Assembly (NCBI GenBank): GCA_963766775.1
Contig: CAVYBP010000006.1
Span: forward strand, 6,939 to 70,938
DNA: 64,000 nt
From: an uncultured Phycisphaerales bacterium
GTDB taxonomy: Bacteria > Planctomycetota > Phycisphaerae > WQYP01
Direction: 5' to 3'
In this document: one piece after another, positions 1 through 10,879 of the stretch
Position numbering within the stretch: position 1 is the stretch's first letter
How the letters are laid out: the number at the start of each line of letters is the position of its first letter
Notes under the pieces: model-generated
The model's database searches: none
Told to the model about the DNA's origin: nothing
Seen by the model: the letters and a program-made list of their open reading frames with translations, nothing else
Program-made: the position numbers and the translations under genes

Positions 1-136
1 GCCTGCGGCAGATCGCGCACGCCCCGATCAAGATGCGCGACTGAGGCATCAATGCGTAGCAACGCCTATGCACGGTCGCCGATCTGGATGCTGGCGCGTG
101 GGCCCCGGTTTCGGGGAGGACCAGGGCTTTGGCCAT
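1..136 (-). CDS. Zn-dependent alcohol dehydrogenase/quinone oxidoreductase (MDR) family protein; only the N-terminal ~45 codons are visible and the gene runs off the left edge
   Basis: A minus-strand ATG at 134-136 opens MAKALVLPETG...SRILIGACAICRR. This resembles an MDR N-terminus followed by the A-C-x-I-C zinc-ligand stretch. The frame stays open to position 1. The visible part is short, so support is weak. Confidence 0.35.
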   Translation of the reverse strand, partial: MAKALVLPETGAHAPASRSATVHRRCYALMPQSRILIGACAICRR

Positions 137-564
137 CGCGGTCGGCACGATCGCTTCGATCGTCGTCGGCGCCTCGAAGCTCGCTTCTGGTTTGGCGACG
201 AGGGGATCACGCGGGGTCTGCTTCGACGAGCGAGTGCTTGGCCCGCGGTTGGGATCGTCAGCCGCGGCACGTCGACCGTCACGAGGCGTTAGCTCCCGCC
301 GGGGCGCCGACGATCGCATTGGTCTCGACCTACCGGCAGCGAGAAACGTCGCGTCAACTCCATCGAGCGCCAGCGAGATCCGGCGAGAGCGCAGCGGTTA
401 CCGACGCGCGCACCAAGCAGCGGCCCGGGTCGGTCGCCCACCGTGACCGACATCTGTCGCAACTACCGGAGTCATGCGAAGCTGATGCCGATGCTGGGAT
501 TTCGGCAAGGAACAGTGCTCTGGTTTGGCGGTGGCCCGCTGAACGGTGGGGACTTGGACCGGCC

Positions 565-1785
565 TTGAGGGGGTTGCCGGCGTGGGCGCGGGTCGCGGGG
601 GTCATGTTCGGCGTGGGCTGGGGCGCGAACCAGTTCTCCTCGCTGCTGTTGGCCTATCGCCTTCATCGAGGCGTGACTGAGAGCACTGCTGATGCGCTGT
701 TCGGGGTCTATGCGCTAGGGCTGATCCCGGCGCTGCTGGTGATCGGGCCGGTTTCTGACCTGCACGGCCGTCGCGGGATCGTGCGCGTCGCCGGCGCGCT
801 GTCGGTCGTGGCGTCGCTCGCGCTCATCGCGGGCGAGCATTCGCTGGCCATGCTGTATCTGGGGCGCGTTTCTCGCCGGTGTGTGCAGCGGCGCTGCGTT
901 CGCGGCCGGGACGGCATGGGTCAAGGAGCTATCGGCAGCGCCCTACGATCCGCTTGCCGGCGAGCAGGCCGGGGCCAGGCGCGCCGCGATTGCGCTGTCG
1001 GCCGGTTTCGGCCTCGGGCCGCTGGTGGCCGGACTGCTGGCTCAATGGGCCCCGCATCCACTGCTGACCGCCTACCTGCCACACCTCGCAGTCATGCTGA
1101 CCGCGCTCGTCCTCGTCATCGGCGCTCCTGAGACGATTACCGAGCCGCGTCATCAGCTTCGTTGCGTGGCCTGCTGCGCGTGCCCACAGCGGCTCATATC
1201 CGCTTTCGACGAATCGTCGCGCCCAGCGCCCCGTGGGTGTTCGCAGCACCATCGATCGCCTTCGCCGTCCTGCCTGGACTGGTCGCGCATCGGACCGGTA
1301 GCTTCCAGGTCGGCTTTGCGGCGCTCATCGCCGGCCTGACGCTGGCGCTCGGGGTTCTCATCCAACCCCTCGCGCGCCGCCTGGATCAAACCGACGGTGT
1401 GCGTGGCACGCTCACCGGTCTGAGCGCCATCTGCGCCGGGACCGCGCTCGGGGCCGTGGCCGGCCACCAGCAGAGCTGGCCGCTGGTCATCCCCGCCGCC
1501 ATCCTGCTCGGCTCTGGCTACGGACTATGTCTTGTCTCAGGCCTGCTGGAGATCCAGAGGCTCGCCACCGCCCAGGACCTCGCGTCCCTGACGGCCATCT
1601 ACTACGCGCTGACCTATGTCGGCTTTGCTGCCCCGATCGTGCTCGCCGAACTCCAACGTCTGGCCAGCGTCCCGACACTGCTCCTGCTCACCGCCATGGT
1701 CCTGCTCCTCACCATCGAAGAGATCCACCGCGCCCAGGTCCGCTCGGGCGCCGAAAACCCGACGCGCGGCAGCCCTCAGACATGA
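565..1785 (+). CDS. MFS transporter; frameshifted as written (2 frame changes)
   Basis: Three ORF pieces in different frames read as one polytopic MFS protein. The pieces are FGVGWGANQFSSLLLAY..LIPALLVIGPVSDLHGRR (frame of 52..1131), CSGAAFAAGTAWVKE..GFGLGPLVAGLLAQW (881..1339), and further hydrophobic helices in 1162..1785. The frame changes are near 870 and 1150. The start (TTG ~565) is uncertain. Confidence 0.75.
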
Positions 1786-2027
1786 CCTCGCGAAACGGAT
1801 CGCTGGGCGGCCCAGGCCGCGTGGTCTTGCACAGGTACGGCCGCGCCTGCCAGGCCGCGCCCGCCTGCCGCCCTGCATTTCAGTGATGCGCGAGTCGTCA
1901 TCGCAGCACCGTACCCCGGGGCGCAGCGGTCGCAGGGATGGATCTGGGGGTGCCCGAGATGGGTCAGCGTCGTTAGCGCCGGGAGAGCGGCCCTTCCTCG
2001 GTGGGTGCTCGCCAGACGGGTGACGAT

Positions 2028-2921
2028 CTACTCGGAGGTGGTCGAGGGGCGCTCAGGTCGGGGTCGCTGCGCAGCGAGTCTGGTGAGGGCGCTGAGCAGC
2101 CGGTCCACCGAGTCTTCTGCGTGGTGGTGTGCGGCGAGCGCCCGGAGGGCGGGTTCGTTGGTCGGGTAGGCGTCTCGTTGGCCGGGCGGGAGCGCGATGG
2201 GGAGATCGTCGACCGGCCGCACGACGGTGATCGCGGCCTGGAGGTACTCCCGGTCCGGTGCGCGCAGCGGGCGGTCGCGCAGCACCCCCGCGATGTCTCC
2301 GTGGCGGCGGATCATCGCTGCCGCGGTCACCGCGCCGACGCCCTTGAGCCCGGGAAGTCCGTCGGAGGGGTCGCCGCGCAGGATCGCGAAGTCGGCGTAT
2401 CGACGGCCCGGGATCGCGTAGCGGCGCGTGATCTCGGTTTCGTCGATCACCGCCAGTCCTGACCGCTCCGGATACAGGACGCGCACGCGCGGATCCTCGA
2501 CGAGCGCGAACAGATCCCGGTCACCGCTGGCGATCTCGATGGTCCCGGGGGCGAGTCTGGTCAGGGTGGCGATCACGTCCTCGGCCTCGTGATCGGCGAC
2601 ACCAACGACGTCGATCCCGATGTGCTCAAGCAGCTGGCCGATCACCGGAAGGTCGGCGACCAGCCCGGGTGGAACCGGCTCAGAGACCCGGTGGGCCTTG
2701 TAGTCCGCGATCAGGTCCACTCGCCACTGGGGCCGCCATGCCCAGTCCTCGGCGATCACCAGCCGCCGCGGCCGGCGGTCGGCGACCAGCCGCGCCAGCC
2801 TGTCCAAGAAACCGCCGACCGCGTTCCCGTCGGTCCCCGAAACGCGCGCGCGGGCCAGCGCGCCGTAGTAGGCGCGGAAGATCAGGCTCGACCCATCGAT
2901 CAACAACCATTCGCAGGCCAT
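2028..2921 (-). CDS. 5'-3' exonuclease (FEN/Pol I N-terminal nuclease family)
   Basis: Intact 297-aa ORF. Motifs LIDGSSLIFRAYY, DYKAHR, GDRDL and the helix-3-turn-helix region PSDGLPGLKGVGAVTAA are typical of this family. Confidence 0.85.
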   Translation of the reverse strand: MACEWLLIDGSSLIFRAYYGALARARVSGTDGNAVGGFLDRLARLVADRRPRRLVIAEDWAWRPQWRVDLIADYKAHRVSEPVPPGLVADLPVIGQLLEHIGIDVVGVADHEAEDVIATLTRLAPGTIEIASGDRDLFALVEDPRVRVLYPERSGLAVIDETEITRRYAIPGRRYADFAILRGDPSDGLPGLKGVGAVTAAAMIRRHGDIAGVLRDRPLRAPDREYLQAAITVVRPVDDLPIALPPGQRDAYPTNEPALRALAAHHHAEDSVDRLLSALTRLAAQRPRPERPSTTSE

Positions 2922-3144
2922 CCCCGCGCGATTCTGCCGCAGCCGTCACGCCGGCCAGGCTCGCGCCATGCGACGTGCTCGGCAAATGGCAGACGGCGTG
3001 ATCCAACAGGACGGACGCCTCGGATAGCAAGCACTTCATGGGCTAGCCACCGTCGGAGGCGCGGCAGGCATCCGAACCTAGAACGGCCGCGCGGACCCGG
3101 AGCCGGTGATCCGCGCCCGACCTGGCGGCGTAACAAGGTGTGCG

Positions 3145-3417
3145 ATGTCGACGAAGCGCGAGGTCACGCCAGCACCAGTGGGTGCGCAACGCTCGCCGCT
3201 GGCCAGCGGTTCGGTTCGCGAGCATCTCCTCAGAGGAGCGGTCGGCCTGGCAGCTGGAGTGCTCGCGATCGTGCTGTTCGCCGTCGTGGGTCCCATCGCG
3301 CTTCTGCTCCTGCTCCTCACGGCGGTCGCCTGGCGAGGCTGCCCGACGTGCTGGACCGTCGGCTTGCTCGGCACGCTCGCCGATGACCGCGCCCGGCGCA
3401 GCTGTTCCCGTTGCTAA
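3145..3417 (+). CDS. Small membrane protein with a CPTC motif; hypothetical
   Basis: ORF 3106..3417. An internal Met at 3145 gives MSTKREV..., then two hydrophobic segments (LAAGVLAIVLFAVVGPIALLLLLLTAVAW), then GCPTCW. No family recognised. Confidence 0.4.
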   Translation: MSTKREVTPAPVGAQRSPLASGSVREHLLRGAVGLAAGVLAIVLFAVVGPIALLLLLLTAVAWRGCPTCWTVGLLGTLADDRARRSCSRC

Positions 3418-3518
3418 CCGGTCGCTGCGCCAGCGACACGGATTCACCGAGTTACAGGGCGGGGCGGCAGTGTGCAGGATTGCGGCGCTCCGTCTGAGGT
3501 TCCCGCGCTTGCGGTGTG

Positions 3519-4493
3519 CTATCCGACCTTGTGGGCCCTGTCGATGTGCACACTGACACGTGCATGGTCGGTCGACGTCCAGTGCTCCTCGCGGCATCCT
3601 GAGATCGAGAGCCTGATCCGGTCCGGGAGACCCCGCTGGCCATCGGTCAGCCACAGCCCGGCCAGCTTCCCGGGGCGGCAGTGCGGATCATCGGAGCTCG
3701 TCACGAGCCCGGCGAGGACGAGTTGCTCGCGGCGGAGCCCCTCGAACACGCGCCGGCCCTCCCGCAGCTCGACCGTGATGTGCAGGCTCTGGGCTCCGGA
3801 GATCTCATCGATCGCGAGCACTCCTGATCCGGGCGCGGCGTGGCCACGCGTCCCGCCGTGGCGATTGGCGACCGGAGCCTCGTCCCAGATCACCGAGCCC
3901 GCTCCCCCCGTTTGCGTGCTGATGGTCGTGTGACCATCGGGACGGCCCCGCTGGGTAAAGCGGAAGCCCGACACCCACGCCGGGCCGTGCTTGACGCCGT
4001 GAAGATGGTGGTGATCGGTGCAGTTCTCCGGCAAGAAACAGGCCTTCCAGAACCCACCGCGCTCCGCGTCACCGTAGCGGTAGAGCAACATCGGATAGCA
4101 CGCGTTCCCGCGCGAGCCCGGAACCTCGAGGCTGAACGGCCCCAACCAACACGGCTCGAGACTGGCGTCATCGGCTCCGGTCGGAGTCCCCTTGAGCGGC
4201 ACCCATCCGTGCCCTGGCCAGCGCCACATGCCACGCAGCAGCCAGTGGTACTGACAGTGCCGATACTCGACGCATGTGCTGACCTCGGCGCCGGTGTTGT
4301 CCCACGTCACGTCGGTGTAGCTCAGGTCATAGAAGAACAGCGGACCGAAGTTCGTCGCCCACGAACCGAGCCACGCCCGAGCGCCCGCGGGCGCCTCTCG
4401 GGCCCTGCCGCTGCTTGGCGCTGCCACAAGCGCCGCCAACAGTGAAGCGGCCATCGCCAAGCACACCCACCGTCTGAGCTGCGTCCCGGTCAC
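3519..4493 (-). CDS. Secreted hypothetical protein (Cys/Trp/His-rich)
   Basis: Intact 324-aa ORF with an N-terminal signal-like segment (RRWVCLAMAASLLAALVAAPSSG). No recognisable domain. Confidence 0.55.
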   Translation of the reverse strand: MTGTQLRRWVCLAMAASLLAALVAAPSSGRAREAPAGARAWLGSWATNFGPLFFYDLSYTDVTWDNTGAEVSTCVEYRHCQYHWLLRGMWRWPGHGWVPLKGTPTGADDASLEPCWLGPFSLEVPGSRGNACYPMLLYRYGDAERGGFWKACFLPENCTDHHHLHGVKHGPAWVSGFRFTQRGRPDGHTTISTQTGGAGSVIWDEAPVANRHGGTRGHAAPGSGVLAIDEISGAQSLHITVELREGRRVFEGLRREQLVLAGLVTSSDDPHCRPGKLAGLWLTDGQRGLPDRIRLSISGCREEHWTSTDHARVSVHIDRAHKVG

Positions 4494-4651
4494 GCGCTCT
4501 CCTCAACGCCGTCGCCAACGGCTGGCGAGTCTACCGACGCCTGTGGCCGCGGGCAACGCTCGAGCGAGCCTGGCTCGGGAACGTCCCTCGCGTTGTGAGC
4601 GTCTCGGTCGGGCGGAGCTCGGTGCGCACGCGTCGATCGGTCTCGACGGTG

Positions 4652-5272
4652 CTACGCGGCCCCGTCGTTGAGTCTGTTCTGCAGTCCGGGCCAGACGACG
4701 GTCATGATGCCGTCCACCACGGTTGCGATTGACACGTCGGGGTTGCGGCGCCACCAGCGCGCGAGTTGCTCTGCGGCGCCGGAGACGATGTGTGCGGCGC
4801 CGACAGCCTCGTGTCTGGGGATGCGGGGGGCGGCGGCGATGAACAGCGCGGCGATCTGCTCGGCGGTCATGAAGCGCAGTTCTCCGGTTTGTTCGGCGAG
4901 CGGGCCTCCCGCGCCACCGGGCCCGTAGAGCAGCTCGAAGCGCTGCGGGCGCTCGCTGAAGTAGCTGAAGTAGGCGAGGAGTCCGGCTCGTAGCTGATCT
5001 TGTAGCTCGGGGCCGGCCAGGGCGACGGCCTCGAACACGCGTTGTTGCATCTCTTCGCGTGCGGTGCGGTGGCATTCGAGGTAGATCTCATCGATGGAGG
5101 CGAAGTGCTCGTAGAGGAGGGAGCGGGTGACGCCGTCGTGAGCAGCGACCAGCTCCATGGTCGCGCCGCTGTAGCCGACCTCGCTGAACACCGCTTCCGC
5201 GGCGGCGATCAGCTGCGCCCGCCGAGCCTCCTTGGACAGGCGGCGACGGGGGTGGGCGGACGCGGTGGCCAT
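4652..5272 (-). CDS. TetR/AcrR family transcriptional regulator
   Basis: Intact 206-aa ORF. The N-terminal HTH reads RRAQLIAAAEAVFSEVGYSGATMELVAAHDGVTRSLLYEHFAS. It is divergent from the CocE/NonD hydrolase gene. Confidence 0.9.
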   Translation of the reverse strand: MATASAHPRRRLSKEARRAQLIAAAEAVFSEVGYSGATMELVAAHDGVTRSLLYEHFASIDEIYLECHRTAREEMQQRVFEAVALAGPELQDQLRAGLLAYFSYFSERPQRFELLYGPGGAGGPLAEQTGELRFMTAEQIAALFIAAAPRIPRHEAVGAAHIVSGAAEQLARWWRRNPDVSIATVVDGIMTVVWPGLQNRLNDGAA

Positions 5273-5303
5273 GCGCGGATGATGTTATCCGCTGCGTTCC
5301 TGG

Positions 5304-5342
5304 ACTGACGTCGCCGTCAGTTCTACTGACGTTAGCGTCAGT
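5304..5342. promoter_or_regulatory. Two tandem 18-bp palindromes ACTGACG-N4-CGTCAGT; candidate TetR operators
   Basis: actgacgtcgccgtcagt (5304-5321) and actgacgttagcgtcagt (5325-5342) share perfect 7-bp half-sites. They lie in the 124-bp divergent spacer between the TetR gene and the hydrolase gene. Confidence 0.6.
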
Positions 5343-5396
5343 TATGTGTTACGATCGCGGCATCTACAGGTTCTGTTCGAGGGAGACGGGCGGGAG

Positions 5397-7245
5397 ATGA
5401 GACCACGGGTGATGGGCTGCCGGTTTGCGATCGGTCGCGCGGCTTGCGGCGTGTGCGCGTTGATTCTGTTGAGCGCGGTCTGGCTCGTTGCCGGCTCAGC
5501 CGTGGCTGCGGCGGCGACGGTGCAGAAGCAGGGTTACATCCCGATGGCCGACGGCACGCAGCTGGCGTACACGGTGGAGCTGCCCGCCGGCCACCGGCCG
5601 GTTTCCCGTGGCGCTGGCGTACGCCGGATACTGCGAGGGCAGCGACGCGCAGTGCAATGACGCGACGAACGCAAGCGCGCTGCTCGCCGCGGGCTACGCC
5701 GTGCTGGGAGTGAACATCCGCGGCACGGGCTGCTCCACGGGAACGTTCGATGCCTTCACTGCCCAGGAGTGGCGCGATGGTGCGGCGGCGATCGAGTGGG
5801 CCGCACGGCAGCCGTGGTCGACCGGACATATCGGCATGTTCGGCGATTCGTTTCCGGGAATCACGCAGCTCGGTGTCGCCGGGCTGCGGCCGCCACACCT
5901 GGACGCGATCGCTCCGTTTCAGGTGACCACCGATCTCTACCGCGACGTGGGCGACCCGGGAGGCATCACCAATACCGGTTTCGGCGCCTTCTGGGCGGGC
6001 GTCGACCAGCCTTTGGCCTCGTATGAAGGCGGCGTCGAGCGGACCGAGGAGAACGGCGACATGCGGTTGTGCCGAGGTCCACGGTGACCGATCTCGCGGA
6101 GGAGGGCTTCCACAACGTCGCCCTCGAGGGTCTCCAGCACCCGTACGACGACGCGTTCTGGCAGGCGCGTGAGCCCGGCGCCAACGCATCCAAGATCAAC
6201 GTCCCGGTGTTCGGCTGCCTGACCTGGCAGGACGACGAGGTCTCAAGCCGCTCGTCCTCGTATCTGAGCGGAGCTCGATCCGGCGCGCACGTGGGTCGTT
6301 GCCAGCAACGGCTACCACGCACAGTGCGAGATCTCCGCTCCGCAGATCACCGACGAGCTGGTCGCGTTCTTCAACCGGTTTGTGAAGGGCCAGGCCAACG
6401 GGTTCGAGCACACCCCCCACATCCAGCTCTGGCACGAAGCGACCGCGAACAGCGCCGGCGACGACGTGCCCAGCTGGGTCACGACGTTCCCCTCCTACTC
6501 GTCGATTCCGGCCCGGCCGCTCGCGCTCTACTTCCGATCTGACGGCGCACTGTCCCTCAGCCCGCCGAAGAGCCAGGACTCACCGGACCGCTACGCGTAT
6601 CCCGGCCCGGCCCTGGGCACCGAGAACGGCATCGTTTTCGGTCAGCACAACCTTCTGTGGAAGGGTGAGGAGCCGCCGGGCGCGTCCGTCGCGTACACGA
6701 CGCCGCCGCTGACCCGCGACTCCGAGTTCTTCGGCTCGGGCTCGGCCAACATCTGGCTGAGCTCGACCGCACCCGACACCGATCTCCAGATCACGCTCAC
6801 CGAGGTCCGCCCCGACGGGCAGGAGGTGTACGTCGCGCGCGGCTGGCTGCGCGCCTCCCACCGAGCCCTGGACCCGGCGCGCTCAACCGCGCTGGCGCCC
6901 TACCAGACCGACCAGCAGGCAGACGCCCGCCCGCTCGTGCCCGGAAGCCCCACCTACATGCGCGTCCAGCTTTGGCCGTTCGACTACGTCTTCCGCAAGG
7001 GATCGAGCATCCGCCTCTGGATCGACGCGCCCACCGGAGAGACCGGTGGCTGGTCCTTCGACTACACCAAGACCCCCGCGATCAACAGCATCTACGCGGA
7101 CGCCCAGCATCCATCGGCGATCGTCCTCGGGCACCTGCCGGGCGGCCACGCGCAAGCGCCGCTGCCGACCTGCGACACGCTCCTCAACCAGCCCTGCCGT
7201 CGAAACCTGACTCCCGTCCCGTCCGGAACGATGACGATCCGGTAG
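5397..7245 (+). CDS. CocE/NonD family hydrolase (S15 X-Pro dipeptidyl-peptidase-like), secreted; frameshifted as written
   Basis: The ATG at 5397 follows GGGAG and is followed by a signal peptide. Family-typical pieces are spread over the frames of ORFs 5346, 5488, 6069 and 6382: GYIPMADGTQLAYTVELP, GVNIRGTGCSTG, WRDGAAAIEW, GMFGDSFPG, VFGCLTWQDDEV. The long C-terminal beta-sandwich part includes GWLRASHRALD and IRLWIDAP. Confidence 0.85.
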
Positions 7246-7324
7246 TAGCCGTCGGTACGTGCAGGCGACCAAGCCAACCCGGCCTCTGCATCCGTGACTG
7301 AAAGGCAGGCTCGCCCGCGCGAGC

Positions 7325-7906
7325 TCACTCCTTGTTCGGCAGCAGCTCGAGCAGGCCGGAGAACAGCGGGGTGATGAGGCGCGAATGCGGATACACGCGG
7401 TAGGTGTTGTAGACCGCGCCGTCCTGCATTGCGAACACGCTCCATCCCGCGCTCACGGACACAGCCGAGACGAGGTCCGGTGCCCCGACGTCCCCGCGGG
7501 AGTCGCGCAGCCACTGCGGCGCCTCGCGGAGCAACCGTCCCATGTCGAACTCGTCTCGGACGCTGCTGGACATCTCCTCCCGGCGGAACGCGTAGCCGTA
7601 GTCGAATAGGAAGTCGTCGCCGTGCGCCGACACGTACGGCATCGTCCACCCCCGACGCCGCTTGTACGCGACGAGCTTGTCGAGCGGCGCGTGCGACATG
7701 CAGAGGAGGGTGACGTCGCGGTCATTCAGATGCATGACCACGCCGCCTCGGTAGCGAACCTGTACTCCTTATCGACGGGTACCCAGGGCAGCTCGCGGCG
7801 CTGCTCCTCGATGTGCTTGGCATGCTCTTCCAGTTCTCGCTCAGCGCCGAGCAGCTCCTTGCGCGCCGTCTGCCACTCCTGCTCCGTGGCGATCGGGTGG
7901 TTTCAT
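7325..7906 (-). CDS. DUF899 thioredoxin-like family protein; frameshifted as written
   Basis: The C-terminal 138 aa are ORF 7325..7741. The upstream third frame reads PIATEQEWQTARKELLGAERELEEHAKHIEEQRRELPWVPVDKEYRF, a typical DUF899 N-terminus. The ATG at 7904-7906 is followed almost at once by a frame change, and there is a second change near 7741. Confidence 0.8.
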
Positions 7907-8354
7907 CGACCGGACGACGTCGGCGATAGCTGGCGTAAGGGGCCATCGTTGCTGCGCCGTGTCCTCGCGCCGCGCGACGATCATCCCGGGGACCGACTCG
8001 GTAATCGCAACGTGATCATGCTGACTCCGACGCGCGTTCTCGCGATTGCCGGCAGCGTTCCGCGCGCCGCTGGTCCGGGCGCGTGGGATCGTCGTCGACT
8101 GGCCGCGCGCAGAGGTCAGGTTCGCCAAGGGCACGCGCACGGCGAGCTCGCTGATGAACGCGACCGGTAACACATATCAACGGCGCTTGACCCTGGTCAC
8201 GCTGACCGGCCCGGGGGACGTGCAGCTAATGCTCGAGCTTGAGCGTGACGGCGTGGCGCGGGCCGTCGTCGAGGCGCTCGGTCACGCACTCGCGCCGGCT
8301 TGAAGTCGGCGTCGCCGACGTGAAGCGAAACCCTCCGTGGCCTGGCGGTGTGCT

Positions 8355-9440
8355 CTACGCACTCGCCGCCCGCGTGATGCGCGGCTCCTCTCGGCGGCAT
8401 TGAGTGATCCACGCGTCAAGTTCCAACCAACGTGCGTAGAGCCATGCGATCAGCTCTTCGCGGCCGACGGGGATCTCGGCCGCCGGATAGCGCCAGAACC
8501 TCATCTTCACAGTTGTCCCGACGAGCCCACCCGCCCAGATGTCGGAGACATACTCGAACCCGTCGAGCCCAAAGTGGCCGAAGATCACGACGTCGGCGCC
8601 TCGGGCCTCGTCGAGTAGCTTCAGCGTGCCGCCGAGGCGCGGCGGCAGGAGATGATGGAGCTGGCTCGCGTACTCGGCGAGCGCTGGCTCGCGCTCGGCG
8701 ATGATCTGCTGGGCGCGGGCGAGCTTCTCCGCGGTCCAGCGGGTGCCCTCTGGGTAGATCAGGAGTCCGTCGTGCCCGAGGTTGACGGTGAGCTGGTGCA
8801 TCTTCTCGAGCTCGGCCGCGGTGTCGCCGGAGCCGCGCCGGACGAACAAGGTCGGCACCCAGCGTCCGCCGATGTCGATCGTCGGAAGCATCCTGAGCTC
8901 GCGCTTGATCACGAACCGGAAGCCGATCCCGTGCGCGGCGCCGATCACGACGTCGGGCAGCGTGTTGTCGATGATGCTCGCGTGCCGGGTCATCACGAGC
9001 ACCGGACCGGGACCCGCCAGCTCCAGGCCCTCGGCCTCAAAGCGCAGCCGGAACAGCACCTTGACCGCGCCCAGGTGGCTGCCGAGCCAGCGGCGCTTGA
9101 GCCGGAAGACGCGCTCCCGCCGGATGTGCGAGTCACGCCCGCCGGAAGCGACACCGATCGCCACCAAGCCGATCAGCCCGTAGAGCTCTCCGAGCAGGAA
9201 CCACCACAGCATCGCGGCAAGGCGCAGCGCCATCCACGGCTTGCGTCCCTTCACCCACAGCGCGAGGTCGGTGAGAACCGCACCGAGCACGAGCAGCGGC
9301 GAGAGCGCCGTGACGAGCACGAACATCACGAGGATCAGTGCAATCCCGCGTGCCCTGCGCGACCACCGCTCCGCCAGACTGCTGTCGTCCGGGATCAGTG
9401 GGCCGAGATTCTCACCGCGCTGTGATTCGGAGGGACGCAC
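8355..9440 (-). CDS. Membrane-anchored acyltransferase (PlsC/LPLAT family)
   Basis: Intact 361-aa ORF with N-terminal TM helices, an HX4D motif (HASIIDN) and YPEGTR. Its start directly abuts the stop of the upstream hydrolase gene. Confidence 0.8.
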   Translation of the reverse strand: MRPSESQRGENLGPLIPDDSSLAERWSRRARGIALILVMFVLVTALSPLLVLGAVLTDLALWVKGRKPWMALRLAAMLWWFLLGELYGLIGLVAIGVASGGRDSHIRRERVFRLKRRWLGSHLGAVKVLFRLRFEAEGLELAGPGPVLVMTRHASIIDNTLPDVVIGAAHGIGFRFVIKRELRMLPTIDIGGRWVPTLFVRRGSGDTAAELEKMHQLTVNLGHDGLLIYPEGTRWTAEKLARAQQIIAEREPALAEYASQLHHLLPPRLGGTLKLLDEARGADVVIFGHFGLDGFEYVSDIWAGGLVGTTVKMRFWRYPAAEIPVGREELIAWLYARWLELDAWITQCRREEPRITRAASA

Positions 9441-10442
9441 CTAGCGCCGACGGCGAGAAAGACAGATGTCGGTAGGTGGGATGCCAACGTGCCAGTTACA
9501 CGCGCATGCGCGCGTGGCGGCCTCGAGGTCAGCCGCTCGCTCGTCTGAGCCGACGGGCACCTCACCGCCCCCCGTCAGCTCGCGGCATTGGCCGGCCAGC
9601 GAGAGGTCCTCTGCCACCGGCGTCGCGAGGTGCGCCTCGACCCAATCGGTGATCGTCGTGACGACGAGGCGGGTGTCGTCCCACATCGGCACGTGCCCGA
9701 CGCGCGGCAGGACCCGGAACTCCGCGTTAGGGATCTCTCGCCGAAAGCGCGCAGAGCAGGTCGCGAGCGGGAGGATCCGGTCGAGCTCGGCCCAGGCGAT
9801 GAGCGTCGGCGCAGCGACCTGGTCGAGGTCCTGGACGTGCGCGCGACCGGCGCGGAGACTCGCGAGGACGTCGTTGACGACGGTGCAGCCGAGCGGATCG
9901 AGACTCAGGTCGACGGCGTCCCGCTGGAGAGATCAGCTCACCGTGGCGCATGATGTCCCGCAGCGCGAGCTTGCGCGCGCCGGGCCGGCCGCATGATGCG
10001 CGGGATCTGCTTGCGCGAGAACGCGGATCATCCGCATCTGGCGCGCGAAGAAACGCGCGATCCGCTCCGGCTCGGGACTACCGAGCTCCCAGCCGCCGCC
10101 CGGCGAGAACGCGACGACGCTGCGCGCCCGGCCGCGCTTGGCAAGCTCGATCGCGAGTGATCCGCCCATCGAGTTACCGACGAAATGGGCGGTGCCGACG
10201 CCGAGCTCGTTGAGATGACGCTCGAGCGAATCGCCGGCGTCCGCGAGCTTCTCCAGGCCCATGCCGCTCGGGTACGCGGGTCCGCCCTTGTGCCCCGACA
10301 GCGTCGGCGCGATCACCTCGTAGCGCGCGACGAGATCCGCAAGCACCGGCTTCCAGTGGCGCCAGTGGCCGGTGAACCCGTGCAGGAGGACCACTGGCTC
10401 GCCCTCCCCGGCGCGGTACAGAGACGATGAGATCTCGGCCAT
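9441..10442 (-). CDS. Alpha/beta hydrolase; frameshifted as written
   Basis: The ATG at 10440-10442 opens MAEISSSLYRAGEGEPVVLLHGFTGHW...FVGNSMGG (nucleophile elbow). Middle and C-terminal pieces are in other frames (..TLIAWAELDRILP..RVLPRVGHVPMWDD, with the catalytic His). Confidence 0.75.
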
Positions 10443-10565
10443 TGGCGCGAATCCTAATGTGAATGCCCGTCGATGCGCGCGGGTCATCGTTGAACGTGGC
10501 CCGCCGCGGACTCACCTGCGCCTCGGGCGTGAGGGTGACGACGAGTCGGGCGTAGAGTCCGCCGC

Positions 10566-10879
10566 GTGCCCACGTTCGTCCTGCGTCTCATCGCTCCGCG
10601 CCCGAACTTCGCCCAGACCCTGACCGATGCCGAGCGGGAGATCATGAACAGCCACGCCGCCCACTGGCGTCCCGTACCTCGAGCGCGGCGACATGGTCGT
10701 GTTCGGACCGGTCCTCACCGACGATGGACTCGTACGGCCTCGCGGTTGTCGAGACCGACGACGAGCAGGCGTTGCTTGAGTTCGCCGCGCAGGATCCGGT
10801 CGTGACGACCGGAACGGCGGCATTCGAGTTCGGGCGGCTCGCTGCGGGTCACGTTCGCGAGCGCCGCCCGGGTCAGTAG
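10566..10879 (+). CDS. YciI-like small protein; frameshifted as written (2 changes)
   Basis: A GTG start opens PTFVLRLIAPRPNFAQTLTDAEREIMNSHAAHWRP, followed by YLERGDMVVFGPVLTDDGL and YGLAVVETDDEQALLEFAAQDPVVTTG in successive frames. Both changes look like an extra G in front of TAC (cccGtac, ctcGtac). Confidence 0.6.

Noticed and set aside
137-564. Expected divergent regulator between the ADH-like fragment and the MFS gene (ORFs 129..446, 354..605, 68..292)
   Set aside because: All candidate frames translate to Arg/Ser/Pro-rich low-complexity sequence without an HTH or any other motif. The region is treated as non-coding spacer or leader.
8019-8303. Possible small gene (MLTPTRVLAIAGS... / ...VVDWPRAEVRFAKGTRTASSLMNATG...LELERDGVARAVVEALG) between the DUF899 and acyltransferase genes
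   Set aside because: It requires an assumed frameshift, has an equally open mirror ORF on the other strand (7841..8173), and matches no recognisable family. There is not enough support to call it.
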